DNA from: Balanoglossus misakiensis
Taxonomy: Eukaryota; Animalia; Hemichordata
Length of the DNA stretch: 64,000 bases
Assembly: GCA_040954595.2 (NCBI GenBank)
Contig: CM082584.2
Span: forward strand, 4,096,110 to 4,160,109
Reading direction: 5' to 3'
The notes under the pieces were generated by a model. The model was given only the letters and a program-made list of their open reading frames with translations. It had not been told where the DNA came from and did no database searches. The position numbers and the translations under genes are program-made. Below are positions 22,699-36,700 of this stretch, one piece after another; within the stretch, counting starts at the first letter, position 1, and each line of letters begins with the position of its first letter.

Positions 22699-25600
22699 AT
22701 GGCCACCGCAAACCCCGGGAAATCGTTTTCACAGCAGTTAATGACCGACATCGATGAGAAGATCTTGATTTGTCCAATCTGTCAAGATCGGATGACGAGA
22801 CCCAAAATTCTACAGTGCGTGCACACCTTCTGTGAGAAATGTCTCCAAAAATGGGTCAGACAGAGAGGAGGTACCCTCGAATGTCCGACGTGCCGCTTTG
22901 TCACTCCGCTTCCCGAAAAGGGGGTCGAAGGTCTCGGTAATAACCTATTCATCAACGATATTATCGACATCTTTGACAAGCTGCAGCCAACTGCTCCAGA
23001 TTCGGTGACCTGTGACCTCTGTGACAAAAAAGCCGAACACTGGTGTAAAGAATGCGCTCAGTTCTTATGTGATGGATGTCGCCTTATTCATCTGAAAACA
23101 AGAACCATACAACATCACAGAATTTATACGATGGAAGAGTATAACAACATGGCCGAGTCTGGTCGGGATCACCTGATTCGTCCACGATTCTGTGCAGTTC
23201 ATCAGGACAGCCAGCTGGAACTCTTCTGCGACCACTGTCAGAAAACGGTTTGCGTGAAATGCGCAATAATCGGTCATAAAGGCACTGCACACAACTTGGA
23301 ATCGCTAGAAGATGCCTCGAAGAAATACACTCCCGAGATGCAAATCCTGGTCGACAAGTTAGCAACCAAAGTGTCTTCACTCCGCGAAACTCAACAAGAG
23401 ACAGATAGATTCATCGGAGAATACAACAAAAAGAAGAGCAAGGTGCAACAGCAGATCAGACAGAAAGCATCTGACGTCATCAAACAAGTCCACAAAGAAG
23501 AACAGCGATTGCTGGATGAAGTGACGGCAATTGATGGAAAGATCATGAAGGAAGTGCAGGCAAAGGTCGAAAAACTGGAGTTTGATCTCGGCTGTGCCGA
23601 AAACATGAATGTCTACTCGCGAAGTCTGCTGCAACACGGCAATGCAGCTGATATACTTTCCCAGAAGAAAGAACTGATGCAGAGATTGAATGAAATCATA
23701 AATGATCGTTCAACAGACCGATACGTACCTCCACAAAACACCCGCCTTGTTTTTCAAGAGAACAGCCAGTGCATGCAACTTTCTCTTGGAGAAGTAATCG
23801 ACCAATCAGAAGTGACACATGCTGCACGTGTCAGCCAATCAGTTGATCGACAGATACTACAACAGCAACCTGAGGCAACCACCGAGAAATCTGCGATTAA
23901 AAGAGAAATGACCGACCAATCCGGGGTGTCAATTATGTCACGTGTCGGCCAACCAACTGTCAAGAGGAAACAACAAAGACCTAAGACTCTGGCCCAGAAG
24001 ACTTCTGCTCCTGGAGTTGTTACTGGTAATATGCCAACGGGAACTATGGATGTCTGTGATAACTATGACGAGTGGATTATTACATATAAGTTTGCAGATG
24101 GAATACAAGGAGTAAGTAGTACAATGAAAACGGTTTGAGCTGCACAGAAGGAATGTACTGACTATCGATTTGTTTATCAACATAGTCAAAAGAAAACACG
24201 CTTTTCGCATTCAAGGTTAGACTTGCTCCAAGTCTATAGGCTTAAATTTCAGCAAAATTTGTTCCGATTTAATATAGCGTGTGTGGAGTGAACGCATTAA
24301 GTTGTGGCATCGCGATAGTGATGAACAGTAACAGAAACTCAGTACCGAAATTCAACCAAGGCAAACAAATGTATGAAGGGTAATGAGTAAAATTAAGAAA
24401 TGGGGAACATCTGAATTAGTCAAGCGAATAGTGGGCTAGTCTAATTCAAGGTGAAGATGAAAAGCCACGACTCGACCACAATGCATGCTTTAGTGATAAG
24501 AATGTATCACCCTAAACAATCTGTTATGAACTGTAACAATGAAAAAAAATCACTGGTCTGTACATTTCTTCTGTGCATCTCAAACACACTTATTACCGTT
24601 GTCGTTGTATATGTTTGAAGTAATGGTTTGGCTAAATGCGTTGCATACCTTTGCAGTCCCGGCTTCTCTGTTTAAGTAAATTTTGAACTGTTCCTGGCTT
24701 GTTAATATCAATGTCAATATGGGGTATGATATAGAGGGCTGAAAAGTGGTCATGTTTAGTGCCTAAGTCTTGCTGTTTCATTTACACACACGAACACTTA
24801 TCGGCTATTATATCGACTTAGTTAACTTCTTCGCAAATAATTTTTGTTTGTCAAACTTGGTATGCTAACAACAGAGATTCGTGTATCAATACAAATTATT
24901 CACGCTACATGAATAAGTGTATTGGAAATGTTTCCTTAATGTCATCATAAACCTGAAAGTTTTGACAGAAAAAGACAGCCAGCCCATCTTGACTTGATGG
25001 CGGAAATCGCACAGAAAACGCTACAATCCATGTATGGCTACACTTCATTGTTAGTGATGTTTTCGACTGTCACATTTTGATGATCAAAATGAAAGGAAAC
25101 AGTCACCTCCCAAAATTGAACCTTCATGATTTCACCTTTTGTGGAAGGAATCAGATCATAATTGATAGAATATTTATTCTCCGCAGAATCCAATATTTAT
25201 TCTTAAAAGTTCAGTTAATACACGCATCAAACACGAATGATAACTCAAGGATTGGTGGGGAACTAACCAAAGCCACACCTCTTTCTCACTTTTCAAAATT
25301 TGAAATGATGACAAGCGCGAGTTGTTAGTTTGAGAGAGAAAAATCTGCAGAAGCGCCCTCAACGGCTGTATGTAAGTGTGTGTCTGCCAAGAGAGTAACA
25401 AACTCTGCGATCAAGGAAACATGGGTTTATATCTTTCAAATTATTCCCTCAGTAAATTTTCCGCCAGATTCCAGTGTGGTAAACAATTATTTATATTTAT
25501 CACACCTGATACGATATAAATCAGGACAACGTCATACAATGCTTCACAAGACTTGAATTATTATTTTTATTTTATTATTTTGTTTATTTTATCAACTCAA

Positions 25601-28565
25601 AAATAACTAAATACATATAAATTTGTAAATAGTTTTTTTATTAGTAGCCAAATTTTATTGTAGTATGACTAATAAATCATACGTTATTGTTATTATTATT
25701 ACTATTTATTTTTCATTTCCAAACCCTACATCTAATCAAGTATTTGTGTTGTTTATAATGATGTTTATTGCTTTGAATCCTTTGTCAGAAATATTTCGAT
25801 TTCGTCATATAATTTTGGTAAAATCTGACACCATACTCTACGAATTTAAAGAGTAAGTACCAAAACTCCCAAGTCACGTTATTTGATGCTGCTTGTGTTG
25901 CAGCCTGAACATCCAAACCCTGGACAGCCATACAGTGGTGGTCTGTTCTATGGATCCTTAGAGGACAATGGCGAGGGTCGTGAAGTGCTGCGGCTGTTGA
26001 GGATTGCATTTGATCGCCGACTGACTTTCACCATCGATGGGAAATCAAATAAAGTGGACTGGAATGGAATAACACATAAGAGATACTTTGAGTAAGTTTG
26101 ATTTCCATTATTGCTATTTCATCACACTGACACCCATTTAATTTCAATTAACCAACAATATGTTACTTTTTGGCGATGTGTATCAGAAATTTAAAGGGGT
26201 CTTCAATCATGTCATCTCTTGTTTCCCTGTGTGGTTTTGACGGCGAACTGGGAGAAAAAACATACATTGTAGGTCATTGGAATAGTTATCAAAATTAAAA
26301 CAACACCGTTCCGGTGCCAGGAAAAGAGACACGTAACGTGAAAAACATTTCGAGATCTCTATATAGAATGATTTTATGGAAATGCATAGGAATCCAGCTC
26401 TGAAGGTCTAGGTCTCTGCTAGTGACAAAAGTGTACATACATAGGATATAGCAAAAAAAAACTAAAATCAAAGTATTTTGATCAGTTTAATAGCCAACAA
26501 ATCAATAGTACCACAAGTCAAAATAGCAACGGCAAAGAACAGACATGTATTGAAGCTCATTGAACATGTTTGAGCTCACCAGCTGATGATGATAGTATCT
26601 GTGCAGGTAATCATCTTACTTCATTTTCACATCTTTTGGTTTCATTGAACTACGCCTCTCGCACCTGAGTGTGTTCCTTGTAATGGGTACTAATGACGTC
26701 AATAATCAAGTTTTCAATTCTTTCAAAATATTTAGGGAATTGAAAATCAAAATCTTCATATAGACACATTCTTATGTGACTCTCACTCAGACAGAAACAA
26801 CTTGCGCACGTACCTATAAAATTGTTGTAATGTTGATGAAAGGGATATCGACATGTTTTATTACAAACACATCCATTCGCAAGTAATTGTGTGACTGTTA
26901 CAATGTTACACGCCATTGTAACTGGTAGTATAAGTCGAGTGTGCAATATGTCATTTTATAATACACAACTATAAGCATGTATAATTCGAATGATCAACCT
27001 GCAATCCATTGATTGACACCTAATGGCCATTCTGGTTCCCCAAAATGGCTACAAATATTGCAGTGGCATAATTTATTCCAGTAAACGTTTATAAATCCAA
27101 GTTGCATCCAACCCATCCCTCATTGAATATCTTCGATTCTGCATCTGTCCATCGCAATAAATTGATGCAGATAGAGAACATTAACGTTTCACACGTGACA
27201 ATTAAGGCTTAACCAAATACCAATTGCCTCTAGTAAAACTTAAATGTATAGTTTTGAACGAAACCATGCAGCTTTCGTTCATAGCACACTTTCAACTCAT
27301 ATCGAAGCCGTGGAAATCATGGGTACTAGTATATTCTTCTAAAATTGTTATACTTCATACTGGAACACAATTTTGAAATCCCTATAGCTGTACTATGATG
27401 CAGATAGAGAACATTAGGGCTTCTAACGTGACAATGAAACAAATACTAATTGAAATATTCCAGTAAACGTTTATAAAACCAAGTTGCGTCAAACCCATCC
27501 CTCATTGAATATCTTCGATTCTGCATCTGTCCATCGCAAATTGATGCAGATAGAGAACATTAGGGCTTCTAACGTGACAATCAAACAAATACCAATTGCC
27601 AGATGGTAAAACTAACATGTAGAGTTTTGATTGAAACCATCTGGCTTACGTTCATGTCACACTTTCGACTCATATCGAAGTCTTGAGAATCATGGGTATA
27701 TTCTTCAGAATTGTCATATTTCATTCATACTGGGATGGAATTTTGAAATCACTACATTGTATTATATGGTTGTCGTTTGCATACTTACCTGAGTTAAGAA
27801 TACTATTCCACGTTCACTGGGATCATACAAAATAAACATAATATGTCTAGTTTTCAGTCCAAACACAAGACAGAATTGAGGTTTAACAGCTCATTGGACG
27901 TTCTTTGCCAGGGGATGCTCAAGAAATTGTGTTTTTTATTATACAAATTATTTGAACTCAATGCCATGAGACATTTGGCAGCTTTATTTGCGTAAATATA
28001 TCACTAATTTGCTGCACATCATTTTAGAGTTTATAAACAAAGTTGTAAAATTTTCCAAATGCTAAACGTGTTAGTCAAGAATCTAAGTACAGTTAATGTC
28101 ATCACATACAAACAGGTATATTAGTGCCAAGTGTGGAATATTATTTCCTTGTATATCATGGACTAGGCATTGGTGAGATCCGATTATTAAGTGAGGTGTT
28201 ATTTTTATCATGTCACTTTTAGGGTATAACTTCCTTCACGGAAGAGCACAATGCTGTATTTTTTGTTATAAAACTTTGTTCTGTACTGTAGTTGTGTATA
28301 TTTGACATCTCCATTTAATTTAATAATATTTAACTGTTGGCAACCAACAGTGGTTTGGCGTCACGGACCATCAAAATTATTATTAGCTGCACAACGCGTG
28401 CGTACCACACACTTGTGGGAGTGAAATCATTTCGTGCACAGTAATGGGAAAACTAATACATGTAATACTACACATTTATATTTATCCAGGGGTTTGTTGA
28501 GCTATGATTGGTCATCTTATGTTTCAAAAGTGAAGAAAGAATTGGCTGCAAAAGGAGTGGTGTAA
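22699..28565 (+). CDS. TRIM-DTC copy 3; exons 22699-24111, 25904-26091, 28490-28565 (558 aa)
   Basis: Same architecture. C-terminus ..ITHKRYFE|GLLSYDWSSYVSKVKKELAAKGVV*. Confidence 0.88.
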
Positions 28566-29640
28566 ATGCCAAGATGCCCTCACAACGTGGTTGTAGCCAC
28601 CACATGGAATGCATAATGAGAATGACCTCAAGTGAATGTCAAGTACTCTGTGACGAATAGTCATTCTCTCTCAAATTATTTAGAGTTTTAGAAATATTTT
28701 ATTGTATTATACAGAATAAGATTTGGTAAAGGAAAGCTAGTGTAGAATAGGATTTTGTCAAGAAAAATGTAGAAGATAAGAATTACTCTGTGTGTAGTCA
28801 CGGTATATTTCAAGTACAGAATTATCGCTGATCTGGTTCAGTTCATTTGGGATAATTGCATAGTAATAAACTCTATAAAACTCTCAGCACAGTACATGTA
28901 GCCTACACACTCGATATTTGGTCAGAAATACCACATTATCCCCAAGTACAACGAATACTAATTGTTTTTTACCCATTGATTTGTAATATAAAAGAAGTCC
29001 ATTTTTCTTATACTTAGCACTCAAATCTAATTCTTGCATATATCCAAGTTATTTTACACAGTGAATGGGGTTTTAACACATTACTACACAGAATATAGAT
29101 TTGATAGCCTTGTTAATTTTTGCACAAATAATTCTGAAGATTTTTAAACTCCATCAACACGAATGATATCAATTTATCACATGATAATACGGTTTCTTGA
29201 ATATAGTTTAACAAGTAATTTTTTTAATCAATTATGTACATAAAATTTGTAACATGGGAAATAAAAGACCAATAAAAACCAATACTCATAGCTTTGTTAT
29301 ATCTGTAAATCTAATAAAGCTATTGTCACCAAAGTTTTCATCTCAGCCACACATCCTTACAAGAGGAAAAACTCAATTGCTCAGTGATTTGTTGTATACT
29401 TTTGAAGAAATAACAAAAGTTTTAATACATCTCTATTATGCATACACTTTTATTTTTCATCCCCTAATTTCCCAGTCGTACTTCTGCATTTAGTTAACGT
29501 CGGATCCTATGTATCTTGCTAATAATCTGTTCTGAACCTCTAGGCTAACACGTATCTAACTTTATATCAAGCTAGAAACAGAAGTGATATTCTGTTAAAT
29601 AAAACAAATGTATAATAAGGTATGGACGTTGGAGGCAGCA

Positions 29641-30049
29641 TAGCCCGGAGACACAGGCGTTGATCTAGAATCTAGAATACAACGCCCGGGGACAGTGGAG
29701 TAACTTCCTGCTGAGCTGAAAGATAGTAGCCCTGGCAACGATCAGGGTCGCTTAGTAACGAATGGATAACGAGTGATCTATCAAATGTTGACGGGCGCCA
29801 GTGGTTGGATGATATAATTAACAAAGCTTGGTAAACCACTCCCACATCCCATCGGGGGAATTTCACACATGACTCCACCTCTATTTCCTTATTTAGAATG
29901 CGATGATGTCATTTGGTTTCCATTGAGTGACCAATTAGCTTACACACAAGATTTACCACCCGTGTCGTTCTGCGCACAGAATTCGGTGCGTAAATAGAGA
30001 CTGTCCCCGGGCGTTCCTTTTCCCCTACTACGCCCTGGTCTCCGGGCTA
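29641..30049. mobile_element. Non-autonomous DNA transposon with TAG..CTA termini and 9-bp TSD GAGGCAGCA (AcademH-like hallmarks; superfamily tentative)
   Basis: TIR TAGCCCGGAGAC / GTCTCCGGGCTA. TSD at 29632-29640 and 30050-30058. The empty site is visible in the paralogous units (~13039, ~21478). Confidence 0.88.
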
Positions 30050-30784
30050 GAGGCAGCAATCTATCCGATCATCCCCTTTTTTCCCCGTACATGTTTCCAA
30101 AACTCTATCCCTATAAAATTTACCATCACCGGCGGTCAATAGCCTAGTCTGGTCCTCTGCCCCATTCCCGCCACTGGCTGCGCTACGCTAAAAGACCCAA
30201 GGGTCAGGTATGGACTATTGTTAATATGGCTCTTATTGGTCAATAAATACGAACATTGTGATTGGACGAACGCTATTTCCAACATTACAACTTCGAAGTT
30301 TGAGTTTGTTTGCCAATCAAAATATGCTTTGGTGAAGTTGAATGAGAAACACTCCTTATCAAACTATCGAATAGTCTGGTCCTCTGCCCCATTCCCACTG
30401 CTGGCTGCGCTACGCTAAAGGGAAAGGAGTCAGGTACAGGCCGATCTTGGCCAAAAACCTGGCCAGCATATTATAATGAAACAAAGACCACGCGATCATA
30501 AACAAGATGGATGCCTCCAATGTCCATACGCCAATGAGAGCCAATTTGTGACCCTTTCCTTTTAGCGTAGCGCAGCCAGCGGTGGGAATGGGGCAGGGAA
30601 CCAGACTAGTCACATAACAGCTTGTCTGTGAGCGCATTTACAAACTCTCGATCCCCCACTCCCAGTGGCCAGGAGTGTCCCCCACTCCCAGTGGCCAGGA
30701 GTGTGAGAATGTTGTATTATTAGTTCTCTGATATAGAAACCACATCCAAAACAACTTAGGTACTTTTCTGTTCTTATTTTTTAG

Positions 30785-33700
30785 GAATAATGAATCAAAC
30801 AAAATCAGACTTGGGCAAGAAAATGCTAAGGTAAACATGTAGTTACAAATGTGAGAAAAATTATTGAATGGTGAGAAGATTTTTGTATTTATCCAAACTT
30901 GCAAACAAAAATGAACCAGTACATTACAAGTTCCCCTGGATAGTCGCAAATAAAACTGTTTGACCGTACAACTGTATTTCTCCTGGCTAGAGCCCATGGA
31001 TCTGAACATCGAACATTTACCAGGGGAATGAGGGGTGCTCTTGTCCTAGCACCCACCTTTATATGTTAAAAAACTGTTGTACAGTAGATTTGCTAAAATA
31101 GAACATTTTATTTACTGAGAAGTAAAAGGATTGTGTTATACATACCTGATGTACAAGATGACAAGAAAATATTAAATAGGAAAAAAAATGTTGACAAACT
31201 TCAATATTACCTACTTCTATTTTACTCATCAATTGTTTATTTCAACTGTAAACATCAGCTGGGGCTCTAAATAACAGGATATTTTATAGATTAACCCTTT
31301 CACCACTATGGTCCGGTCCAAATCCAATGTTTTCTATGGGAAGGTTGGACCTCTATAGAGGGAACTGGGGGTGAAAGGGTTAATGGAAGTGGGGCCTTTG
31401 CCTTCAGGAGCAAGGCCTCTACCAAGAGAAATACAGTAGATTAAGTTTGTTTGAACCAATATTACAATGGACAAGATAATTGACTGGACAATTTTCAACA
31501 TATCCTACGGGTAAAGATAGAGTTGGATGAATGACAATATTACATACAAACATATGTGGAATCCAAAGACCATTTATATCTTCATCAAGTTTTCAAAACC
31601 AAGAATCCCTTCCCATTTACTATAATGCTGTGTCCCCAATCATGAAAAATTGTTTTGATTTGCTCAGGATGTGGTTTTTGAGACCTGTACAGGATATTGA
31701 TCTCCTGAAGGAAAGACAAGCTGCAATCAGTTTTTTTGTCTCACCAAGAAATATTGAAGTATGCTCATCTCTACAAGACGCTCTACGGAATATCAAGAAT
31801 GTCGCTGTACGTACATTGTGTATCTACTAAGTATATTTAAGTATTTTACAATTTTGAATGACAATTTTTCAACTTCATTATAGTTCATGCCAATTTTGTC
31901 ACAAGTAAACATATACTGTATACTTACTTATAACAAATATAACTCGTGAGTAGAAGTTTTTTTTTCAAAAATACCATATATCCGCTATTAATTTTAGATA
32001 AATTCTCTTTTGATTTGGATTTTCTTTCATAGTTTGCATTGTGTGTGTGCATTGTATGTGTTAGAGTGAAAGGTCCATCGTTTGAGGGCGCTCCCTATGT
32101 TAGCGCTCTTGAACGAATTGGATCTTGTGTGTGGAAGAACCAAATACATTAGTTTTATCAGAAACGTGTAGTACATGTATCTGTAGTATATCGCAAACAT
32201 ATGGATTATGTATTATTGTTCTTTTTGTTTATTTATATTTCTAGAGAGTGTTGGGTCGGATGAAAACAGCTCAAGCCTCAATTGGTGACTGGCAAGCCTT
32301 ATATCAGGTAATACACCAAGCTTATCTACTGGTCAAGTAAACAGTCTTCCAATAACTAATTCCCCTTGCGTAGTAGTTGTGGTCTTGCATCTTCTATTAC
32401 TCTTAAAACATTCTGAACTAATTTCGGAATTCCACTGTTTGAAAATAATACATTCCCTATTTGAAAACATTCAATATTGATGAAGGAATAATAATTAGAG
32501 GTTTATAAAAGTGACATAAAATTTTTGTTTGTAAGCCTATAATTTGTGCCACATCAATTCTCTCCAAGTTTCACAAGACTTAGTAAATAAATCTACAATA
32601 GGTACACACTTTAAAGATAACCGAGATCATTGATATGAAAGAGATATCTTGTCTTAAATTATTTATTACGTGTTACTTGTAGACTGCCTACAATGCAATA
32701 TACATTGGTGATATATGCAGAGCTCAGACTGCTAATGTGGCCATCTTTAAGAAGGTAAGGAAACTTTCATAAGCAATTTACATATACTGTTTTGTATTGG
32801 TTTTAGAAATGTAACAAATGAGTCTGTTAATGTGTAAGAAAGAAGTCGAGACTTTCTAAAATAGTCAGTGTTTGCCAATGTCACCTGTGATTTTTTTCCT
32901 GTACACCTATTTCTGTGTAATTCCCAAATGGGAGCACAGTGTCCTTGATGCTATGTTTTTCTGTCTGATTGCTTTGAAATTTGGGTTACAGGTTCCTGAT
33001 AGATATATGTGCAACTTATCAGAAATTATTTAGTTAGTTTGTAATTTTCTTTATTTTTGGTCAAAAAGCACTAATGATTCAGTGGATGCAAAATGCAAAC
33101 AATAGATATGCAATGCAGAGGGCCATCTGAAAGTCTTCTTTGCACCTGCACTACAATGGTTGAGAGTTGAGACCAGGTCATAGGCCAAGAATGCACTATT
33201 TTGAAGCCCTACAAATTCAATTTTTCCATGTGATTTTTATATGAAAATGGGTGACTTGTGGTTGGTGAAAAGGACTTTTTTGGGGCTAATCAACCTCCCA
33301 GGACACACACACAAAAATCATCCCTGGTGACCTCCCCTATTAAAATATTACACCCTGCAATCTGAATGAATGGTAAGAAGTGACACCTTGGTTACATGTA
33401 ACTCCAGTTTGAGTTTCATTACGACAGGGATGAGGCTGTTTTCTTCATGTGCTCTTTGCGCTAACACATTTATTCCAAACAGAGATGCTCACATAGCTGC
33501 ATGTCCTGACAATGTGATATTTACAGGCCTTGTAATTTTCTCCATTTTGTTATTTTCGACAGATAAGCAGAACATTCACTGAGGATTTACATTATATTGC
33601 CGGCCTGATTATCAAAATTGTAAGACCTGGTTATTTTGTTTTAATGTCCTCCAGACAAACCCAGAATAGAGACATAGATTCAGGCAGGGCAAAGGGGGGG

Positions 33701-36700
33701 TAATTTAACAGCAGGGGATTATGCAATGCAAACACTTGAACTGGCCAGTAACGTTTGAATTCCTCATTTGCATACAGTTTTTCAACTTTTTTCAGAACGA
33801 AAGTTCAGTAACTTGCAACCCATTTCTGACAATTATTTCACCCCAGGCACATTACTGGTACTATGAATGTACTACATGTGATTTTTCATGAAGTTTTATC
33901 GAGAAGAATTTCTTTAATTCCACTTACAAAATTGTGATCACGAAATTCAAAGTGACCTTGAAGTTAAAAAATAAAAAAAAAAATATCTGCCATACCCACA
34001 CAAAAATTAACCCCCTCAGGTTTTAGAAACATTATTAAACTCCTCTATTCGTAATTTTGACATGAATATATCCATGCCGTGGGTCAAGGACCACAATTTA
34101 CAGTGCCATAGGTCAGTCCTGAGAAGTCAGTCAGCGTGAATAGTGTATAGACTCCGTATGTAATATGCTAATGAGAGTTAACGACGCGTTGAAAAGGAAG
34201 CCATTACGTCATGGGTTAACATGCGTTGACCTACTTCAATGCATACACATATGGCAAACACGGCTGTACTCGTCGATGGCGAAGGCAATTTTTACACCGT
34301 CATTACTCCACAACGGAGCGGCTCACACTATTATAAATTCACGGTAACTTAGTTCAATATCTTCCTAACCTACCCAATTTTTTTCAAGACAAGAAATCTT
34401 TTCCGTGAGTCAGGGACCACAATTTAAACCAACATACCGAAACTGTCTTTCTCGGGAACGCGTCGTTAAAACTTCACGAAAAATCATCCTATCATTGACT
34501 GTGGTGTTTCATACACGTCTTAGAAAAATGGATGCACTACGATCACTTGAAGTACCGAAAATCTCCGTTTGAAAATTTTTCCAACCGGCCGTAACTGCCA
34601 CTCAGTGACGTTCACATTCAAATAGATCTCTTTGATGTCACCGCCGTAATTACCCCCCCTTTGCCTTGCCTGGATTATCATAAGGCCAAAATAAAAATAT
34701 GTGCTGTTCCGATTACCCGACCTACCCTAATTTTAACCCGCCGACCCTAAACTTGTTAAAGCTTAATTAACCTGTAAGTAAAAATAATGTCAAATATACA
34801 AAATTTATGAAAATTGCGCGAAATATGATGAAATTGCGCGCATCACGCAAGAACTATGACATCTTTAATTCTTCTACACTAAAGCTGCCAGAGAAAAAAA
34901 AAATGCAAAATAAAAAAAATTCAATACCTACCTACCCTATTTTAAAAAACAACGTAATCGGAACAGCACATGTTATTTTGGGGGGCCTAATATCAATTAT
35001 AATTTCTGTCCATGTACACTTCTGTTTATCTGCAGCCATTGAATAGACATCAGTGAAAAGTACAGGATAAGTACCGGGCAACAGCAATATAGTTTTCAAA
35101 TATGAAACCTGTAATTGAGAATGACTTGATTTAATACATGGATATATTGGTGATGATCTAATGTCTTTACAATGGTAAAATGATCAAAATATCTTTTTGT
35201 TCATTTATTTAGTTATATTATAGTAAGACACAGTATACATATTTTCATGACTATCTATGGATGGGAAATAATGCAATAAATTCATTTTTCAGTGATGAGA
35301 ATTTCTGAAGTGAAGTCAAGATGTTATTTAGCTAAATACTTGAAGAGAACAAATATTCACTTGTTATTTCCAGGTGGATTTTGAAGAATCTGCTGTTCTG
35401 AACAAGTTTGTTGTGAAACCAAACGTAGACAAGGCTCTGGATGAAAGTGAGTTGACAATAGTAGATACATGTTACTACTATTAAAGGGACAAAGTCTCTC
35501 TCTCACTGCCCTTTTTTCCATTAATTATTTTTGATACAAGACAATGTTTATGTTATTCTACATGTGGATATATAGTGAATCAACGTTCGACCACACACAA
35601 CTTCCATCCCACTTGTAGACACGAGATATGAGAGTAAAAATCTCGCCAAAATGAATAAACGGTAGTTGGCAATTTTTTTCACTCTCGTGTCTACAAGTGG
35701 GATGGAAGTTGTGTGTGGTCGAACGTTGATTCGCTTTATATCCACAATGTAGAATAACATAAACAGTGTCTTGTATCAAACAAAATTATGGTAATGGAAA
35801 AAGCTAAGAGAGACTTTGACTCTTTAATAATATTTCACACACTCTCTGTCACATGCATATGTGACCACATGATTATATTGTATGATAGAACGCCATAGGT
35901 TATGCCAGTAGGTGTATAATATTTATTTATAATAATATGTATTTGTAATGACTGTATTCCAGAGAAGGAAACCTACAATGGATTGCCAGATTTTATGACC
36001 AAGATTGCCAGAGAGGAGTTGAAGAAACTTGGTGATGACATCAAGGAATGCAATGTGGTGTATTTACCTCAGCTGGGTTATCTTCTGGCTATTCCAAGAT
36101 CCTCAATTATGTCAGAGAAGCAAGACTTTCAAATGCCATCACTTGAGTTTGTGGTGAGTCAACTTTGATAGTCTCGGTTCTTATAGAAAACCGTACCGCG
36201 TAAGTAAAAGATGTCGCCGTTCCCTACATCTGATTTTAATCAGATTGGGTTCTACCACAGTACAGGACATTGATAACATTATGATTTGATAAATGATTTG
36301 TTGTTTTGGCTGTTTAAGGCATACGGTCACCTACGGAAATTTAGCTACAGTTTCCATGGTAAACTTGAAATCTTGCCAATCATGGATTTTCAGTGGGTGG
36401 CACACGCGAAAAAAAGAGCGCCACCTTATGTTCTTTAGAACCCTCAAATATTCCATTTCAGCCATATATATGGGCATATGTAAATTGGAGGTGACTGTAT
36501 ACCTTTAAGTGTAAGTTTATACCATAACCAAAGATGTTTCGAATATTATCCAAACAGTGATCTTTTCCATGTTCACTTTGTAGTTCTTGTCAAATAATAC
36601 GGTTCATTACAAGAGTGCCAGTACAAGAGGTGAGTAAATGTTTGACTGTTTCACTCAGAGTTCATACATTCCTGGAAAATCTTTGAAAGTTCTTAAAATG

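Larger units (their letters stand above)
7207..30371 (+). repeat. Tandem segmental duplication with a unit of about 7.7-8.8 kb carrying the TRIM-DTC gene; a further unit occupies 56421-64000
   Basis: Introns, 3' UTR and intergenic DNA align almost base for base between units (e.g. 7715/16440/24139/59381 and 12660/21099/29254). Confidence 0.95.
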
